64,000 nt of DNA from an uncultured Lentisphaeria bacterium (GCA_949282305.1 CASDPB010000055.1:27324-91323); one strand, 5' to 3'; shown: positions 39,219 to 49,228, numbered from the stretch's first letter. Numbers and translations are program-made. Notes: generated from the letters alone by a model not told the origin.

Positions 39219-40268
39219 ATGGAAATTACAGTGGCGCAGAAAAAGAAAAAACTGCAAATGATTGCAAGGCGGAATGGGGTTTCCCTGTCTACGGTTTACC
39301 GGATTCAGCGTGGAGACGGCAGCCGGAGAAATCCGAAATTCCAGGCTGTAAAGCAGGAACTTCGCCTTTTGGATGAATGCGGGGAGGGAATTCCCGGCGC
39401 CCCGGTCATGATGGTCACAGAGAATTCCTTGTCTTCCCATGCGCTGGAATTTTACGAGCAGATGAAACGGCTCTGCATGGAGCGGAAGATTGAACTGGTG
39501 CTGACTCTGGAAAAGTCCGTAAAGGAGGATTTGAGGAGACGCTGTTTTGCCGGGATCATCACCCTGACGCCGATTTCCGTTCCGGATGAGATACCTGTTG
39601 TTTACCTGAACCGCCGTTCCCCGTCCGGCAGGGAGTCTTCCGTATGCGTGGATGGAATGATGAACTGGGCGAGAATGCTGATTCATCTGAAGGAGCACGG
39701 GGCAAGGAGAGTCGGCATTTTTAACGGTGTTTCCGAAAGAAACCTTTCCTATTACCTGACTGCCGGTATTCTGTCCGGAGAAGTGCTTCTGAGCCTTGCG
39801 GGACTGCCTTCCGATCCTGAGCTGATCTGCCCTGTCACTCTTTCCCCTGAGACTCATGCGGAGGGGTTGAAGCAGGCGGCGGATTATTTCTGTTCGCTGA
39901 AAAAACTTCCCGACACACTGCTGGTCAATTCCGACTTTTACATTCCGAGGATGAGCCGCCGTTTCCGGGAACATGGTGTCCGTGTCCCGGAAGACCTTCT
40001 GATTGCCGGTGTCCACAGCTATTTGCAGACGGTTCCATCCGCCTCTCATCCGACTGCTTATACTTTAATGGAAGAGTATCAGGAAGTGGAGTCCAGCCCC
40101 TGTATCTGCGGGGTCCATTGCTTTCAGGAAATGGCGGGAGCCGCTCTTGATCTTTTACTGGAGAAAATCAATCAGGCGGATTCCATTCCGAGACAAATCT
40201 GTTTCAGCCTGAAGATACAGGATTACCGTTTTGAGAGAGAAGAAATAAAATATGAAACACACAGATGA
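39219..40268 (+). CDS. LacI/GalR-like transcriptional regulator
   Basis: N-terminal HTH IARRNGVSLSTVYRIQRG plus a periplasmic-binding-protein-like core (VGIFNG..., PDTLLVNSDFYIPRMSRRFREHGVRVPEDLLIAGV, compare LacI). Confidence 0.6.
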   Translation: MEITVAQKKKKLQMIARRNGVSLSTVYRIQRGDGSRRNPKFQAVKQELRLLDECGEGIPGAPVMMVTENSLSSHALEFYEQMKRLCMERKIELVLTLEKSVKEDLRRRCFAGIITLTPISVPDEIPVVYLNRRSPSGRESSVCVDGMMNWARMLIHLKEHGARRVGIFNGVSERNLSYYLTAGILSGEVLLSLAGLPSDPELICPVTLSPETHAEGLKQAADYFCSLKKLPDTLLVNSDFYIPRMSRRFREHGVRVPEDLLIAGVHSYLQTVPSASHPTAYTLMEEYQEVESSPCICGVHCFQEMAGAALDLLLEKINQADSIPRQICFSLKIQDYRFEREEIKYETHR

Positions 40269-40283
40269 GAAGGAGGAGGAAAA

Positions 40284-41048
40284 ATGGGCAGAGGCAGACA
40301 AACTTTTACACTGATTGAGCTTCTTGTTGTAATAGCGATCATTGCGATTCTGGCAGGGATGCTTCTGCCGGCGTTGAACAACGCCCGCGAAAAGGCGCGC
40401 ATGATTTCATGCACCGGCAATATGAAACAACTGGGAATTGCCATGGGAATGTATACTTCGCAGTATGAAGACTATTTTCCCAATACGGGTGTCTATACGA
40501 TCAACGGAACAGTATGCTATCCGATGAGCGTTTTAGCACATTCAACCGGTCTCGGGGGAAAGGTCTTCATCTGCCCGTCTTTCCGCGTTAACAAAAGTTC
40601 AGATGTTACAGTTCAGAAAATACAATCGTTTTCACCGCAATATCTTGGCGAGAAAATGACGAATGGCGCAGGAGAAATGACCTATGTGCATTATGGGATC
40701 AACCGTATTACCTATAACACCGGTCTGGGGATTGCAGGAAAAGTCACCCGGGTGAAGATGCCTGCCCGGTATCTGAACATGGGGGAGTCGGCATTCAATA
40801 CGAACCGCGACAGGGGATTTGCGATTCTTGCCGAGAATTATTATGAGACGGGTGCATGGGGGATGGTCGACATCCGGCACAACACTTCTTCCAACGTTCT
40901 TTTTGCCGACGGACACGTGAACGGGCTCAATACGAATATGAAGATTTCCCGTTATGTCTACAACTCTTCGCTGAATCCTTACCGAAGTGCGGCTTTTACG
41001 GGAAACAGCACCGTCGGGCTCTGGAATGCCGCATTGACGAAATTTTAA
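40284..41048 (+). CDS. prepilin-type N-terminal cleavage/methylation protein with H-X9-DG (DUF1559) domain
   Basis: [28 protein letters not shown] class III signal and a C-terminal [13 protein letters not shown] motif. Confidence 0.85.
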   Translation: MGRGRQTFTLIELLVVIAIIAILAGMLLPALNNAREKARMISCTGNMKQLGIAMGMYTSQYEDYFPNTGVYTINGTVCYPMSVLAHSTGLGGKVFICPSFRVNKSSDVTVQKIQSFSPQYLGEKMTNGAGEMTYVHYGINRITYNTGLGIAGKVTRVKMPARYLNMGESAFNTNRDRGFAILAENYYETGAWGMVDIRHNTSSNVLFADGHVNGLNTNMKISRYVYNSSLNPYRSAAFTGNSTVGLWNAALTKF

Positions 41049-41066
41049 AGAAACAGAGGTGATGAT

Positions 41067-44000
41067 ATGAAAAAGGAATGGATTCTCGGGGCGCTTGTCG
41101 TTGCCGGAGGGACGCTTCATGCCGCGCAGACGCTTTCCCTGACCTTTGACAGGGAGAAGATGATGGAGCTTGAGGGGAAGGAGTATCGGATACCGGCAGG
41201 CAGAGACGGGTTTCTTGAGGTAGGGAAGACTGGTTTGTCGCTTCCCGCGCAATCTCTCGTCGGTGAGCGGGGAACGATTCTGCTTCAGTTCAAACTGCAG
41301 GCTCCTACTGAGGAAAAGATGAGTCCCCGTTATATTCTGACTCTCCGCTGCAAATCGCGGATGAGCGCCGGATTGTATATTATCGAAGGCCCGAAGTATT
41401 TCCGTTTTTCCTTCGGCGATCGCACCGGTCAGATTTACCATGTGATGAAGGAGGAATTCCAGTATGGACAGCTCTATCATGCGGGAATCGCGTGGGATGG
41501 TTCCAGAGTCCGTTTTTATCTGGACGGCAAACTTGTAGGTGATTATAAGCAGCCGGTCGGGATGGAGAAGATCTCCATGCTGAATCTGGGACCTTATCGC
41601 GACGGGTGGATGGCGCCGAAACCCTGGGGAAACGATGTGTTCATAAAGAGTGTCAGGACATTCGATACGATGCTGACTTCGCAGGATGTTGCAAAAGAAA
41701 GCGGAGTTGTTCTGAAAACCGCAGGAGAACTTGCGCCGCCGCTTCTGACTGTGCCTCTGAATCCGGAAAAGGCACCGGTCATAAACGGAGAGCTTACGGA
41801 AACCTTCTGGCGGTATGGTGCTTCGCTTCCCGTGCTGATAAATCTCGGAAAACCGCTTGAAAGTTTTCAGGCTCCTCAGGGGAAGTTCCTGCTTTCTTAT
41901 GATGCCAAGAATCTGTACGTCGGTTTTTCCTATCATATTCCAGCCGGAAATCCAGTCAATGCGGGCAGTCTGCGCACGAAGGACTCGGAACCGGAAGTGT
42001 GGGGAACAGAATCCTTTGAGCTGTATCTGGCCGTCAACGGAAATCTGTTCCGTTTCGCGGGGAATGCGGCGGGCGGCTATACGGAATGGAAAAACAACGG
42101 TGTGGAGTGGAACGGAAAATGGGATTACCGTTCCCAGGTCAGGATGCGGATCGACAACAGTTCCGTATGGCAGGGAGAGGCGGCGATTCCGTGGAAGACA
42201 CTTGGGTTGGACGGGATACCGGAAAAGCCGCTGTCTTTCAACTTCTGCCGGACCTGGTGTCTGCCGGACTATTCCGGAGCGACTTCGCTGATCGAAGGGA
42301 AAAGCTATTCCCGCAAGGAAGATTTTATCACTCTGGCATTCGACAGGAAGGCTCCGGCAGTCCAGGTCATGGAGCAGAATAACCCATGCAAAGGAGTGTT
42401 CCGGCAGAAAGTCCGTATCATTTCCCCGGTAGATCAGGCGGTTGCTTATGAGGCTGCACTGTTGAACCGGGATGGTTCAGCCGAGCCGTTTACCATCGTT
42501 GAGAAGAAGGCGGAGCTGAAAGGCGGAGTTCCGCGGGAGATCGAGCTTGAGGCGAGAATCACTGCTCCCGCCTATGATACAATCCGTTATACATTGAAGC
42601 GGAATGACGGAGCTGTCGCACGCATCCTGGTTCCTTTCAAGCTGAACGAGAGCTATCTGGACGCCAAACCGCGTTTTCTGTCCGGTAAAATTGACTTTGA
42701 TATTCAGTCGGGACTTCTTGCCGCAAAGTTCGGAGAAGACTGTTCGCCTGTTCTTGTGTTGAAGGATGTGTCGGGCAGGGAAATATTTCGGCAGAAGGTA
42801 AGCGGGGATGTGATGACGGTTCCTTTCAGCGGCAGGAATCCGCCGGGAAATTATACCGCGGCAATCCTCGGACGTGACGGCAGTGTCCTGTCCTCGCTTG
42901 CAATTCATTTTCCGGGAATTGGAAAATGGGCGGAAATGAAGTTCGATAAAACGGTAATCCTGCCGCCTTTCACCCCGCTCAAGGTAAATGGAACGGACTG
43001 CAGCATGTGGGGACGTACTTATTCTTATCGGAATTCGCTTCTTCCATGCCGGATTCAGTCTCAGGGCGTTGAGCTGCTGAATGCTCCCAGTGAAATCGTG
43101 GCGAACGGCAGGACACTTGGAAATGGAAAAACGGAACCGGTAAGTGCGGAACCGCACCGCGCGGAATTCAAAGGACGCGCAGGGAATCCGGATTGCAGCG
43201 TCACGGCGGATTCCTGGGTGGAATATGACGGCGTGGCTTACAGCAGGTTTACGGTCCGGACGAAAAAAGATCTGAAGGATTTGAAACTGCGTTTCACCCT
43301 GCCGGCGGAACTTGTCAAATATCTGCATACCAGCGAGGGCGGCTCCTGGGGGACGAAACTGACAGTGCCGGTGAAGGGCGGCAGAACAGTGTTCCGCTTT
43401 TATCCGATGGTATGGATCGGAATGGAAGACAAGGGCATCTGTTTCTTCACTGAAACACGAAACGGCTGGACCGTTCCCGCCGGAGAAACTTACAGTATTA
43501 TGAAAAAAGACGGCAAGGCGATTCTGGAAGTGGCGATGCGCGAGAAACTCAAAGCCGGTGAAAAATTTGAATTCGAGTTCGGTTTTATCGCAACACCGGT
43601 GAAACCGCTGCCGGAGAATTATCCGCTGAATATCTTCGGGGATTCTCATTGTCCCCTGATGCGCCGTCCCGGACGCACACCGGTTAATGCCCTGTTCGTC
43701 GGCTCGGCGCCGTATCCAAACGAGATTTCCAGTTATTTCTGCGATCTGCCGAATGAAAAGGAGTCTCCCGCGGTTGCACCGGTCACGCAGCTGCTGAAAC
43801 GCCGCGATGCCGCCGGAAACAAAATGGTGGTTTATATGGATGCGCGTTATCTTTCGGATGAGTATCCGGAAATGGCGGCGTTCAAGGACGAGTGGAAATT
43901 CTCGCCGGAACGTACGTTGAACTATACCCGCGACGGCAGGAAGTACATGCTGTATGACTGTTGTCCCGTCACTGGCGCAAGCGCGTTTTTCCACATGCAC

Positions 44001-44945
44001 CAGAAACGTTTTCTGGAGCGCTTCAAGGCGGATGGCATTTACTATGATTTCGGGACATTCGGCATTTGCAGCAATCCGCTCCATGGATGCCGGGAGCGTT
44101 ATCCGATTCTTGCCATGCGCGAATTCTACCGCCGTACGGCACTGGTTCAGTACCAGAGCGGAATCAGGGAGCCGCTGATCGTCCTTCACAATACGGACAG
44201 TGTGCAGATTCCGGCGATGACCTTTGCCACACATTTGTTCAACGGAGAGCATATCCGGCAGTCCAGCAGCACCATCATGCACAACGGCAAAGACATTCAG
44301 GATACCTATTCCATAGAAATGTTTGCCAGTGAGCTTGGCTCCATGCCGTTCGGACTGACCAACGCCGTTTACCAGTCGAATGACGTCCTGCTTCCGCAGT
44401 TCGGCGGAGGCAAGGAGGATCCGGAACTTTACAAGTTCCGCATTACCCAGGCGTTCCTTGCCGGAACCCTGCCGCATAATACGATCGTCGCCCAGTCGCG
44501 CTGTCATTACGGCATACTGGATAAAATCGTGCGCATTTATGATGAATTCCGCGTGCCGGAAGCCGGGTTCATCGGTTACTGGAATTCCCCCGCCGCAGTA
44601 AAAGGCGCGGAAAATATCTACGTGAGTGTCTATAAACATCCCGAGGAAAAGAAGGCGCTTGCCGTAATATCGCATATCGGCAAGGCGCATGAGAACCAGG
44701 AATTTGAAGTCGTATTCAATTCTGGACTGCTGGGCTTCACTCCGCAGAAGGCGGTTGATAAAATGACCGCTCCTGATCCGGAGTATGACGAACTTTACAA
44801 AATACAGGCGGAAAACCGGATTCCCCGGGACCGGGCTCCCTTAAAACTCGGGGATTTCGGTTCCAAAGTGGACGGCATCAGGGACGGAAAACTGAAAATG
44901 AGCCTGAAATATCATACATTCGCATTGGTCGAGCTGAGCGAGTAA
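41067..44945 (+). CDS. large secreted LamG/CBM9-like multidomain protein, putative glycan-active
   Basis: 1292 aa. Signal peptide MKKEWILGALVVAGGTLHA, a LamG-like block (YHAGIAWDGSRVRFYLDGKLVGDY) and a CBM9-like block (INGELTETFWRYGASLPVL...KNLYVGFSYH). The C-terminal half is unassigned. Confidence 0.6.
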   Translation: MKKEWILGALVVAGGTLHAAQTLSLTFDREKMMELEGKEYRIPAGRDGFLEVGKTGLSLPAQSLVGERGTILLQFKLQAPTEEKMSPRYILTLRCKSRMSAGLYIIEGPKYFRFSFGDRTGQIYHVMKEEFQYGQLYHAGIAWDGSRVRFYLDGKLVGDYKQPVGMEKISMLNLGPYRDGWMAPKPWGNDVFIKSVRTFDTMLTSQDVAKESGVVLKTAGELAPPLLTVPLNPEKAPVINGELTETFWRYGASLPVLINLGKPLESFQAPQGKFLLSYDAKNLYVGFSYHIPAGNPVNAGSLRTKDSEPEVWGTESFELYLAVNGNLFRFAGNAAGGYTEWKNNGVEWNGKWDYRSQVRMRIDNSSVWQGEAAIPWKTLGLDGIPEKPLSFNFCRTWCLPDYSGATSLIEGKSYSRKEDFITLAFDRKAPAVQVMEQNNPCKGVFRQKVRIISPVDQAVAYEAALLNRDGSAEPFTIVEKKAELKGGVPREIELEARITAPAYDTIRYTLKRNDGAVARILVPFKLNESYLDAKPRFLSGKIDFDIQSGLLAAKFGEDCSPVLVLKDVSGREIFRQKVSGDVMTVPFSGRNPPGNYTAAILGRDGSVLSSLAIHFPGIGKWAEMKFDKTVILPPFTPLKVNGTDCSMWGRTYSYRNSLLPCRIQSQGVELLNAPSEIVANGRTLGNGKTEPVSAEPHRAEFKGRAGNPDCSVTADSWVEYDGVAYSRFTVRTKKDLKDLKLRFTLPAELVKYLHTSEGGSWGTKLTVPVKGGRTVFRFYPMVWIGMEDKGICFFTETRNGWTVPAGETYSIMKKDGKAILEVAMREKLKAGEKFEFEFGFIATPVKPLPENYPLNIFGDSHCPLMRRPGRTPVNALFVGSAPYPNEISSYFCDLPNEKESPAVAPVTQLLKRRDAAGNKMVVYMDARYLSDEYPEMAAFKDEWKFSPERTLNYTRDGRKYMLYDCCPVTGASAFFHMHQKRFLERFKADGIYYDFGTFGICSNPLHGCRERYPILAMREFYRRTALVQYQSGIREPLIVLHNTDSVQIPAMTFATHLFNGEHIRQSSSTIMHNGKDIQDTYSIEMFASELGSMPFGLTNAVYQSNDVLLPQFGGGKEDPELYKFRITQAFLAGTLPHNTIVAQSRCHYGILDKIVRIYDEFRVPEAGFIGYWNSPAAVKGAENIYVSVYKHPEEKKALAVISHIGKAHENQEFEVVFNSGLLGFTPQKAVDKMTAPDPEYDELYKIQAENRIPRDRAPLKLGDFGSKVDGIRDGKLKMSLKYHTFALVELSE

Positions 44946-44962
44946 GAAGATCGGAAAAACGG

Positions 44963-44996
44963 CACGGGACTGCCGGGGGATCCCCGCAGTCCCGTG
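44963..44996 (-). terminator. terminator hairpin between convergent genes
   Basis: 11-bp stem cacgggactgc/gcagtcccgtg. A U-tract (gtttttcc) follows when read on the minus strand after the radical SAM gene. Confidence 0.55.
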
Positions 44997-45020
44997 AAGG
45001 AATGCGCAGGTATCCTGAAA

Positions 45021-45914
45021 TCAGCAGATGTTGCCGAGATAGACATTCGGGAATTTCCGGTCGACGAGAGCATGGTTCTGGATCTTGTAAAGCAGCTCAA
45101 GCGGAGTGCGCGGACTTGCCGAATATTTGTAATCCGGATGATATGCCGTGAAATGCAGCGGGGTGTCGATTCCGAGCTTTGTCTCAACCCAGTCCAGATA
45201 ATCGTCGATCATCTGATCGGAATCATTTTTTCCGGGAATGACCAGATAGGTCAGCTCGACATGTCCGCCGATCTCATTTTTATAGAATTCAACAGCGTCC
45301 GTGACAGGCTTCAGGGAACCACCGCACATTTCCCTGTAATACTCCTCCGAAAAACCTTTGACATCAATATTTGCGGCATCCATCAGGGGATAGATATCCT
45401 TTGCCGCCTCCCGGTTGATGTAGGCATTGGATACGAGAACAGTCTTGAGCCCGATTTCATGCGCGGCATTTGCGGCGTCGATCACGTATTCCCCGAAAAC
45501 TGTCGGCTCGTTATAGGTGAAAGAGAGCGAGGCGCAGCCATGCCGCTTTGCCAGTTCCGCAATCTGGCAGGGGTCGAAATAGCGGTAGGTCAGACGCTCC
45601 TGATAGGCGGCGCGGGAGAGGTGGTGATTCTGGCAGAAGACGCATTTCAGATTGCATCCGAGCGTTCCGATGGAAAAAGTGCCCGTCCGCGGCAGAAAAT
45701 GGCGCAGCGGCTTTTTCTCGATCGGATCAATCTGAAGCGCAACCGGATAACCGTAGGCTTGTGAAACCAGTTCGCCTCCACGGTTCAGCCTGACTGCGCA
45801 TACGCCTGCGCCTCCGTCCGGGATCAGGCATTTTCTCGGGCAAAGCAGGCATCTTGTTTTCAGTTCTTTCTCTTTTTCCCACCATTGGGCGGCATGGACT
45901 TTCAACTGCATCAT
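45021..45914 (-). CDS. AmmeMemoRadiSam-system-type radical SAM enzyme (PflA-like activase family)
   Basis: CLLCPRKCLIPDGGAGVC auxiliary Cys cluster, DPIEKKPLRHFLP, CxxxCxxC as GCNLKCVFCQN, NEPT, DAANIDVKGF, LVIPGKNDS, YHPDYK, YLGN. Confidence 0.8.
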   Translation of the reverse strand: MMQLKVHAAQWWEKEKELKTRCLLCPRKCLIPDGGAGVCAVRLNRGGELVSQAYGYPVALQIDPIEKKPLRHFLPRTGTFSIGTLGCNLKCVFCQNHHLSRAAYQERLTYRYFDPCQIAELAKRHGCASLSFTYNEPTVFGEYVIDAANAAHEIGLKTVLVSNAYINREAAKDIYPLMDAANIDVKGFSEEYYREMCGGSLKPVTDAVEFYKNEIGGHVELTYLVIPGKNDSDQMIDDYLDWVETKLGIDTPLHFTAYHPDYKYSASPRTPLELLYKIQNHALVDRKFPNVYLGNIC

Positions 45915-45930
45915 GTTCCTCTGTCAAACT

Positions 45931-47109
45931 CTATTTCCGTTCTTTTTCCGCGGCCTGGCGTTCCGCTTCGTAACGCCGCCGCATTGCTTCGCGCTTTCTG
46001 CCGGCGTCGAAATCCTCATCGCTCATGTTCAGCAAAGCAAACATGGCGGGCTGTTTTCCCGTGACGATGGCAAGTTCCACACCGGAGCCGTATTTCAGGA
46101 CATAACCTTCCGGATCAAGCTCGACCTCAACCGGATACAGGGTTGTGGCTGTCTGCTGCGTCGATTGAAGCGGAATGTCTCCGATCCACTTGACGACACC
46201 GGTGAAGTTGCCGTATTGCAGCTTGTTGTAAACATCGCTTGTAACCCGGACCCGCTGTCCCGGCTTGACTTTGCGCACAACTCTGGCATCCACTCTGGCA
46301 ATTGCGCGTATCCGGTTTCCGGAAGCGATCTTCGCTGCGACTTTGCCGCGCTCGACATACCATGTATTTTTGCAGTCCAGTTCGACGAGACGGCCCGTCG
46401 CGGGAGCTATGAGCTTGCATTCGTCGATCTGTTTCTGCAGAAATGCCAGTTCCGCTTTTTTTCCTTCCAGTTTTGCGGCGACCAGCCCCACGTCACGTTT
46501 CGCCTTTTCAATATACTGCTGTCCGAGCCCTTCGTCAACCCTTCTTGCGTTTTCTTTTGCACGTGCGAGTTCGGCTTCGCTCGCAATGGCTTCCAGCTCC
46601 GCTTTTTCAAACTCAACCTTGGAAATGGCACTGACCAGCTGGAGTTTCTTGGAACGGTCAAGACGGTCACGCGCGCGCTCGACTTTTTCCTGAGACTCTT
46701 TCAGGTTCGTCTTGGAGTACCAGAGTTCCTTCGGCAGAGGTTCCTTTTCGAGAATGCGCAGTTCCGCTTTCTTGACTTCAAGCTCCGCCGTCAGTTCCTT
46801 GACAGCCGCATCCGCCGCAATTGCTGCGGCTTCATAAGCACGGGAATCGAGTTCCGCAATCACTTCTCCCTCTTTGACGTCGTCGCCGGTCCGGAAGTTG
46901 AACTTCTTGACATGGGCGTCCACATGCCCCACGAGCTCAAAGGTGTGTTCCGGGATGATGACGCCGTCCGCATAAATGGTATCTTCGATCTCGAACAGGA
47001 ACAGCGAGAGCAGCGCGGCGAGGATCGCCACGGCTCCCACGATTGTCAGGATGATGAAGACTCTGATTTTTGCACGCAGATTTGAATTCCGGTTTCCGCT
47101 TTTTGACAT
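45931..47109 (-). CDS. HlyD family secretion adaptor (type I secretion / peptide-export type)
   Basis: N-terminal TM anchor, VKEGEVIAELD lipoyl motif, a long coiled coil and LIAPATGRLVEL. It begins 19 nt after the ABC gene and ends 16 nt before the radical SAM gene. Confidence 0.85.
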   Translation of the reverse strand: MSKSGNRNSNLRAKIRVFIILTIVGAVAILAALLSLFLFEIEDTIYADGVIIPEHTFELVGHVDAHVKKFNFRTGDDVKEGEVIAELDSRAYEAAAIAADAAVKELTAELEVKKAELRILEKEPLPKELWYSKTNLKESQEKVERARDRLDRSKKLQLVSAISKVEFEKAELEAIASEAELARAKENARRVDEGLGQQYIEKAKRDVGLVAAKLEGKKAELAFLQKQIDECKLIAPATGRLVELDCKNTWYVERGKVAAKIASGNRIRAIARVDARVVRKVKPGQRVRVTSDVYNKLQYGNFTGVVKWIGDIPLQSTQQTATTLYPVEVELDPEGYVLKYGSGVELAIVTGKQPAMFALLNMSDEDFDAGRKREAMRRRYEAERQAAEKERK

Positions 47110-47128
47110 GAATGGTCTCCCGTATGGA

Positions 47129-48910
47129 TCAGAGGTTTTTCAGATTGAGTTGTTGATCGCCGACAGCGAAAAGTTCACTGCCTTTGGCGGATTCCTTAAG
47201 CTGCATCGCATAAAGGTCGCGGTAGACACCCTTCTCAAGAAGGAGGTCCGCGTGTTTGCCTTTCTGCGCAATAACGCCGTCCTGAAGAACGACGATCAAA
47301 TCGGAGTTGCGTACGGTGGAAAGACGATGCGCGATGATGATGGTCGTGCGCTTTTTCATCAGGGTGTCCAGCGCCTCCTGTACCGAGGCTTCGGAGACGG
47401 TGTCCAGTGCGGATGTCGCTTCGTCCAGCACCAGGACGCGCGGATTTTTGAGGATTGCCCGGGCGATGGCGATCCGCTGCTTCTGTCCGCCGGAGAGACT
47501 TACCCCGTTTTCCCCGACTTCGGACTTGTAGCCTTTGGGGAGCTCCATGATGAACTCGTGCGCATTCGCCATCTTTGCCGCTTCGACGACCTGCGCATGC
47601 ATGGCGTGTTCACAGCCGTATTTGATGTTGTCTTCCACCGTGCCGCTGAAAAGGAACGATTCCTGAAGCACGATGCCGACGTTCTGGCGGAGCGATTCCA
47701 TGCTCATGTCCCGCAGATCCACTCCGTCGATTTCGATGCTGCCGGAAGTCACGTCGAAGAAACGCATCAGCAGACTGGCGATTGTCGATTTGCCCGAACC
47801 GGACGGGCCGACGAGCGCGACTTTGAGTCCCGGCTCCACTTCAAGGGAGAAATCCCGCAGAACCGGCTTGTTCGGAGTATAGCCGAAACTGACGTTTGTG
47901 AATTTGAGATGCCCCTTTGCAAATTCCAGTTCGCGCGGCGATTCCGACTCCTTGATCTCCGGAATGGAGTCGAACAACACGCCGATGCGGTCGATGCTGG
48001 TCATGCCGTCAGAAATTGCGGAGGAGAGACCGCTCAGCTGATTCAGCGGCCCGGTCAGCATTGTGAGATACGTGTAATACGCCACAAGATCGCCGATGCT
48101 CATTTCCCCCTTGACTGTCATGAGTCCGCCCCAGCCGAGCGCCAGGATGATGCAGGTGATGTTGATGCCTTCGGCGATCATCCACGTGTAAACGCCCTTC
48201 ATATTGAGTGAGAGCGACGCATCGAAGGTCGGACGGAGCATCTCCGCGAACTCGCGGCTTTCCGTACGCTCCTTGCCGAAGGACTTGACGACTTTGATTC
48301 CGTTGATCGTTTCCGCAAGACTTGCCGAAACTTCCGACATCCGTTCCCGGAGATTCATGGCGACCTTCTTCATGGAACGCCGGAAATAGGTGAAGTTCAG
48401 GGTTTGAAGCGGGACGAGAATCAGGCAGATCAGCGAAAGTTTCGGGCTCATGGCGATCAACGCAATGATGATGCAGGTGATCGTGAACAGGTGAATGACA
48501 AGATTCACGAGAACTGTGCTGATCATGCCGTTGAGCATGGAAACATCGGTCAGGATGTTGGAGATCAGCTTGCCGGTCCGGTATTCCTGATAGAAGCGCA
48601 GCGAGAGACTCTGAAGATGTTTGAAGAGTTTCACGCGCACGCCGAACAGAATCCGGTTGCCTGTGTAGTAGAACAGGTAGTGGCTGATGTAGAAAAAGAT
48701 TTCCCGGAGAATGTAAATGACGAGAATGCCGCCGAGCAGAAGGCACAGCAAACCGAGATTGGAACTCCCCAGAGCCCTGTCGATGATTACTTTCAGAAAC
48801 CACGGCATCGGCATGCCCAGTGCCGTGAAAATTAAAAGACTTATGCCTGATACCACGCAAAGTCCCCAATACGGTTTGATGAAACCAAGTAATCTTGTCA
48901 AGCCTTTCAT
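47129..48910 (-). CDS. ABC exporter, fused permease/ATPase (MsbA/ABCB type)
   Basis: 593 aa with six TM helices then an NBD: Walker [24 protein letters not shown] and LVLDEATSALD. There is no N-terminal C39 peptidase domain. Confidence 0.9.
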   Translation of the reverse strand: MKGLTRLLGFIKPYWGLCVVSGISLLIFTALGMPMPWFLKVIIDRALGSSNLGLLCLLLGGILVIYILREIFFYISHYLFYYTGNRILFGVRVKLFKHLQSLSLRFYQEYRTGKLISNILTDVSMLNGMISTVLVNLVIHLFTITCIIIALIAMSPKLSLICLILVPLQTLNFTYFRRSMKKVAMNLRERMSEVSASLAETINGIKVVKSFGKERTESREFAEMLRPTFDASLSLNMKGVYTWMIAEGINITCIILALGWGGLMTVKGEMSIGDLVAYYTYLTMLTGPLNQLSGLSSAISDGMTSIDRIGVLFDSIPEIKESESPRELEFAKGHLKFTNVSFGYTPNKPVLRDFSLEVEPGLKVALVGPSGSGKSTIASLLMRFFDVTSGSIEIDGVDLRDMSMESLRQNVGIVLQESFLFSGTVEDNIKYGCEHAMHAQVVEAAKMANAHEFIMELPKGYKSEVGENGVSLSGGQKQRIAIARAILKNPRVLVLDEATSALDTVSEASVQEALDTLMKKRTTIIIAHRLSTVRNSDLIVVLQDGVIAQKGKHADLLLEKGVYRDLYAMQLKESAKGSELFAVGDQQLNLKNL

Positions 48911-49120
48911 GAGTCCAAGACTTTATTTAGTTCCGTATTTCCTGCGACATGCGGTTTACTTTACAGTCCGTTCAGAGAAATGCAACAGTCTTTTTCGCCG
49001 CAGAGCATGAAAAGTAAAAGATGGCATTCCATTACTTTCTGATAGAAAAAGAGTTATGGCAAATGACCGTTGAAATACTTTTTATACTCTTTTTTTGAGG
49101 CAGACTATTTTATGTTTTAA

Positions 49121-49228
49121 TCAGGCTGTGATCGCTCCAATGAAAATAAGGATGATTGCACAGACAATGACGAAGAGCCATTGCTGCAGTTTTGCATGTT
49201 TGAACGGTTCTTTTCTGTCGTTTCCCAT
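49121..49228 (-). CDS. candidate 35-aa small membrane protein (not in the ORF track)
   Basis: Reverse complement reads MGNDRKEPFKHAKLQQWLFVIVCAIILIFIGAITA then a stop. An AAGGGAG RBS lies about 8 nt upstream of the ATG. It has one clear TM helix and sits between obg and the ABC exporter. Confidence 0.35.
   Translation of the reverse strand: MGNDRKEPFKHAKLQQWLFVIVCAIILIFIGAITA

Noticed and set aside
42477-44690. 737-aa minus-strand ORF inside the 1292-aa LamG protein gene
   Set aside because: It is a shadow ORF of a GC-rich gene. It has low-complexity Arg-rich composition, no start context, and the plus-strand frame is continuous from a signal peptide.
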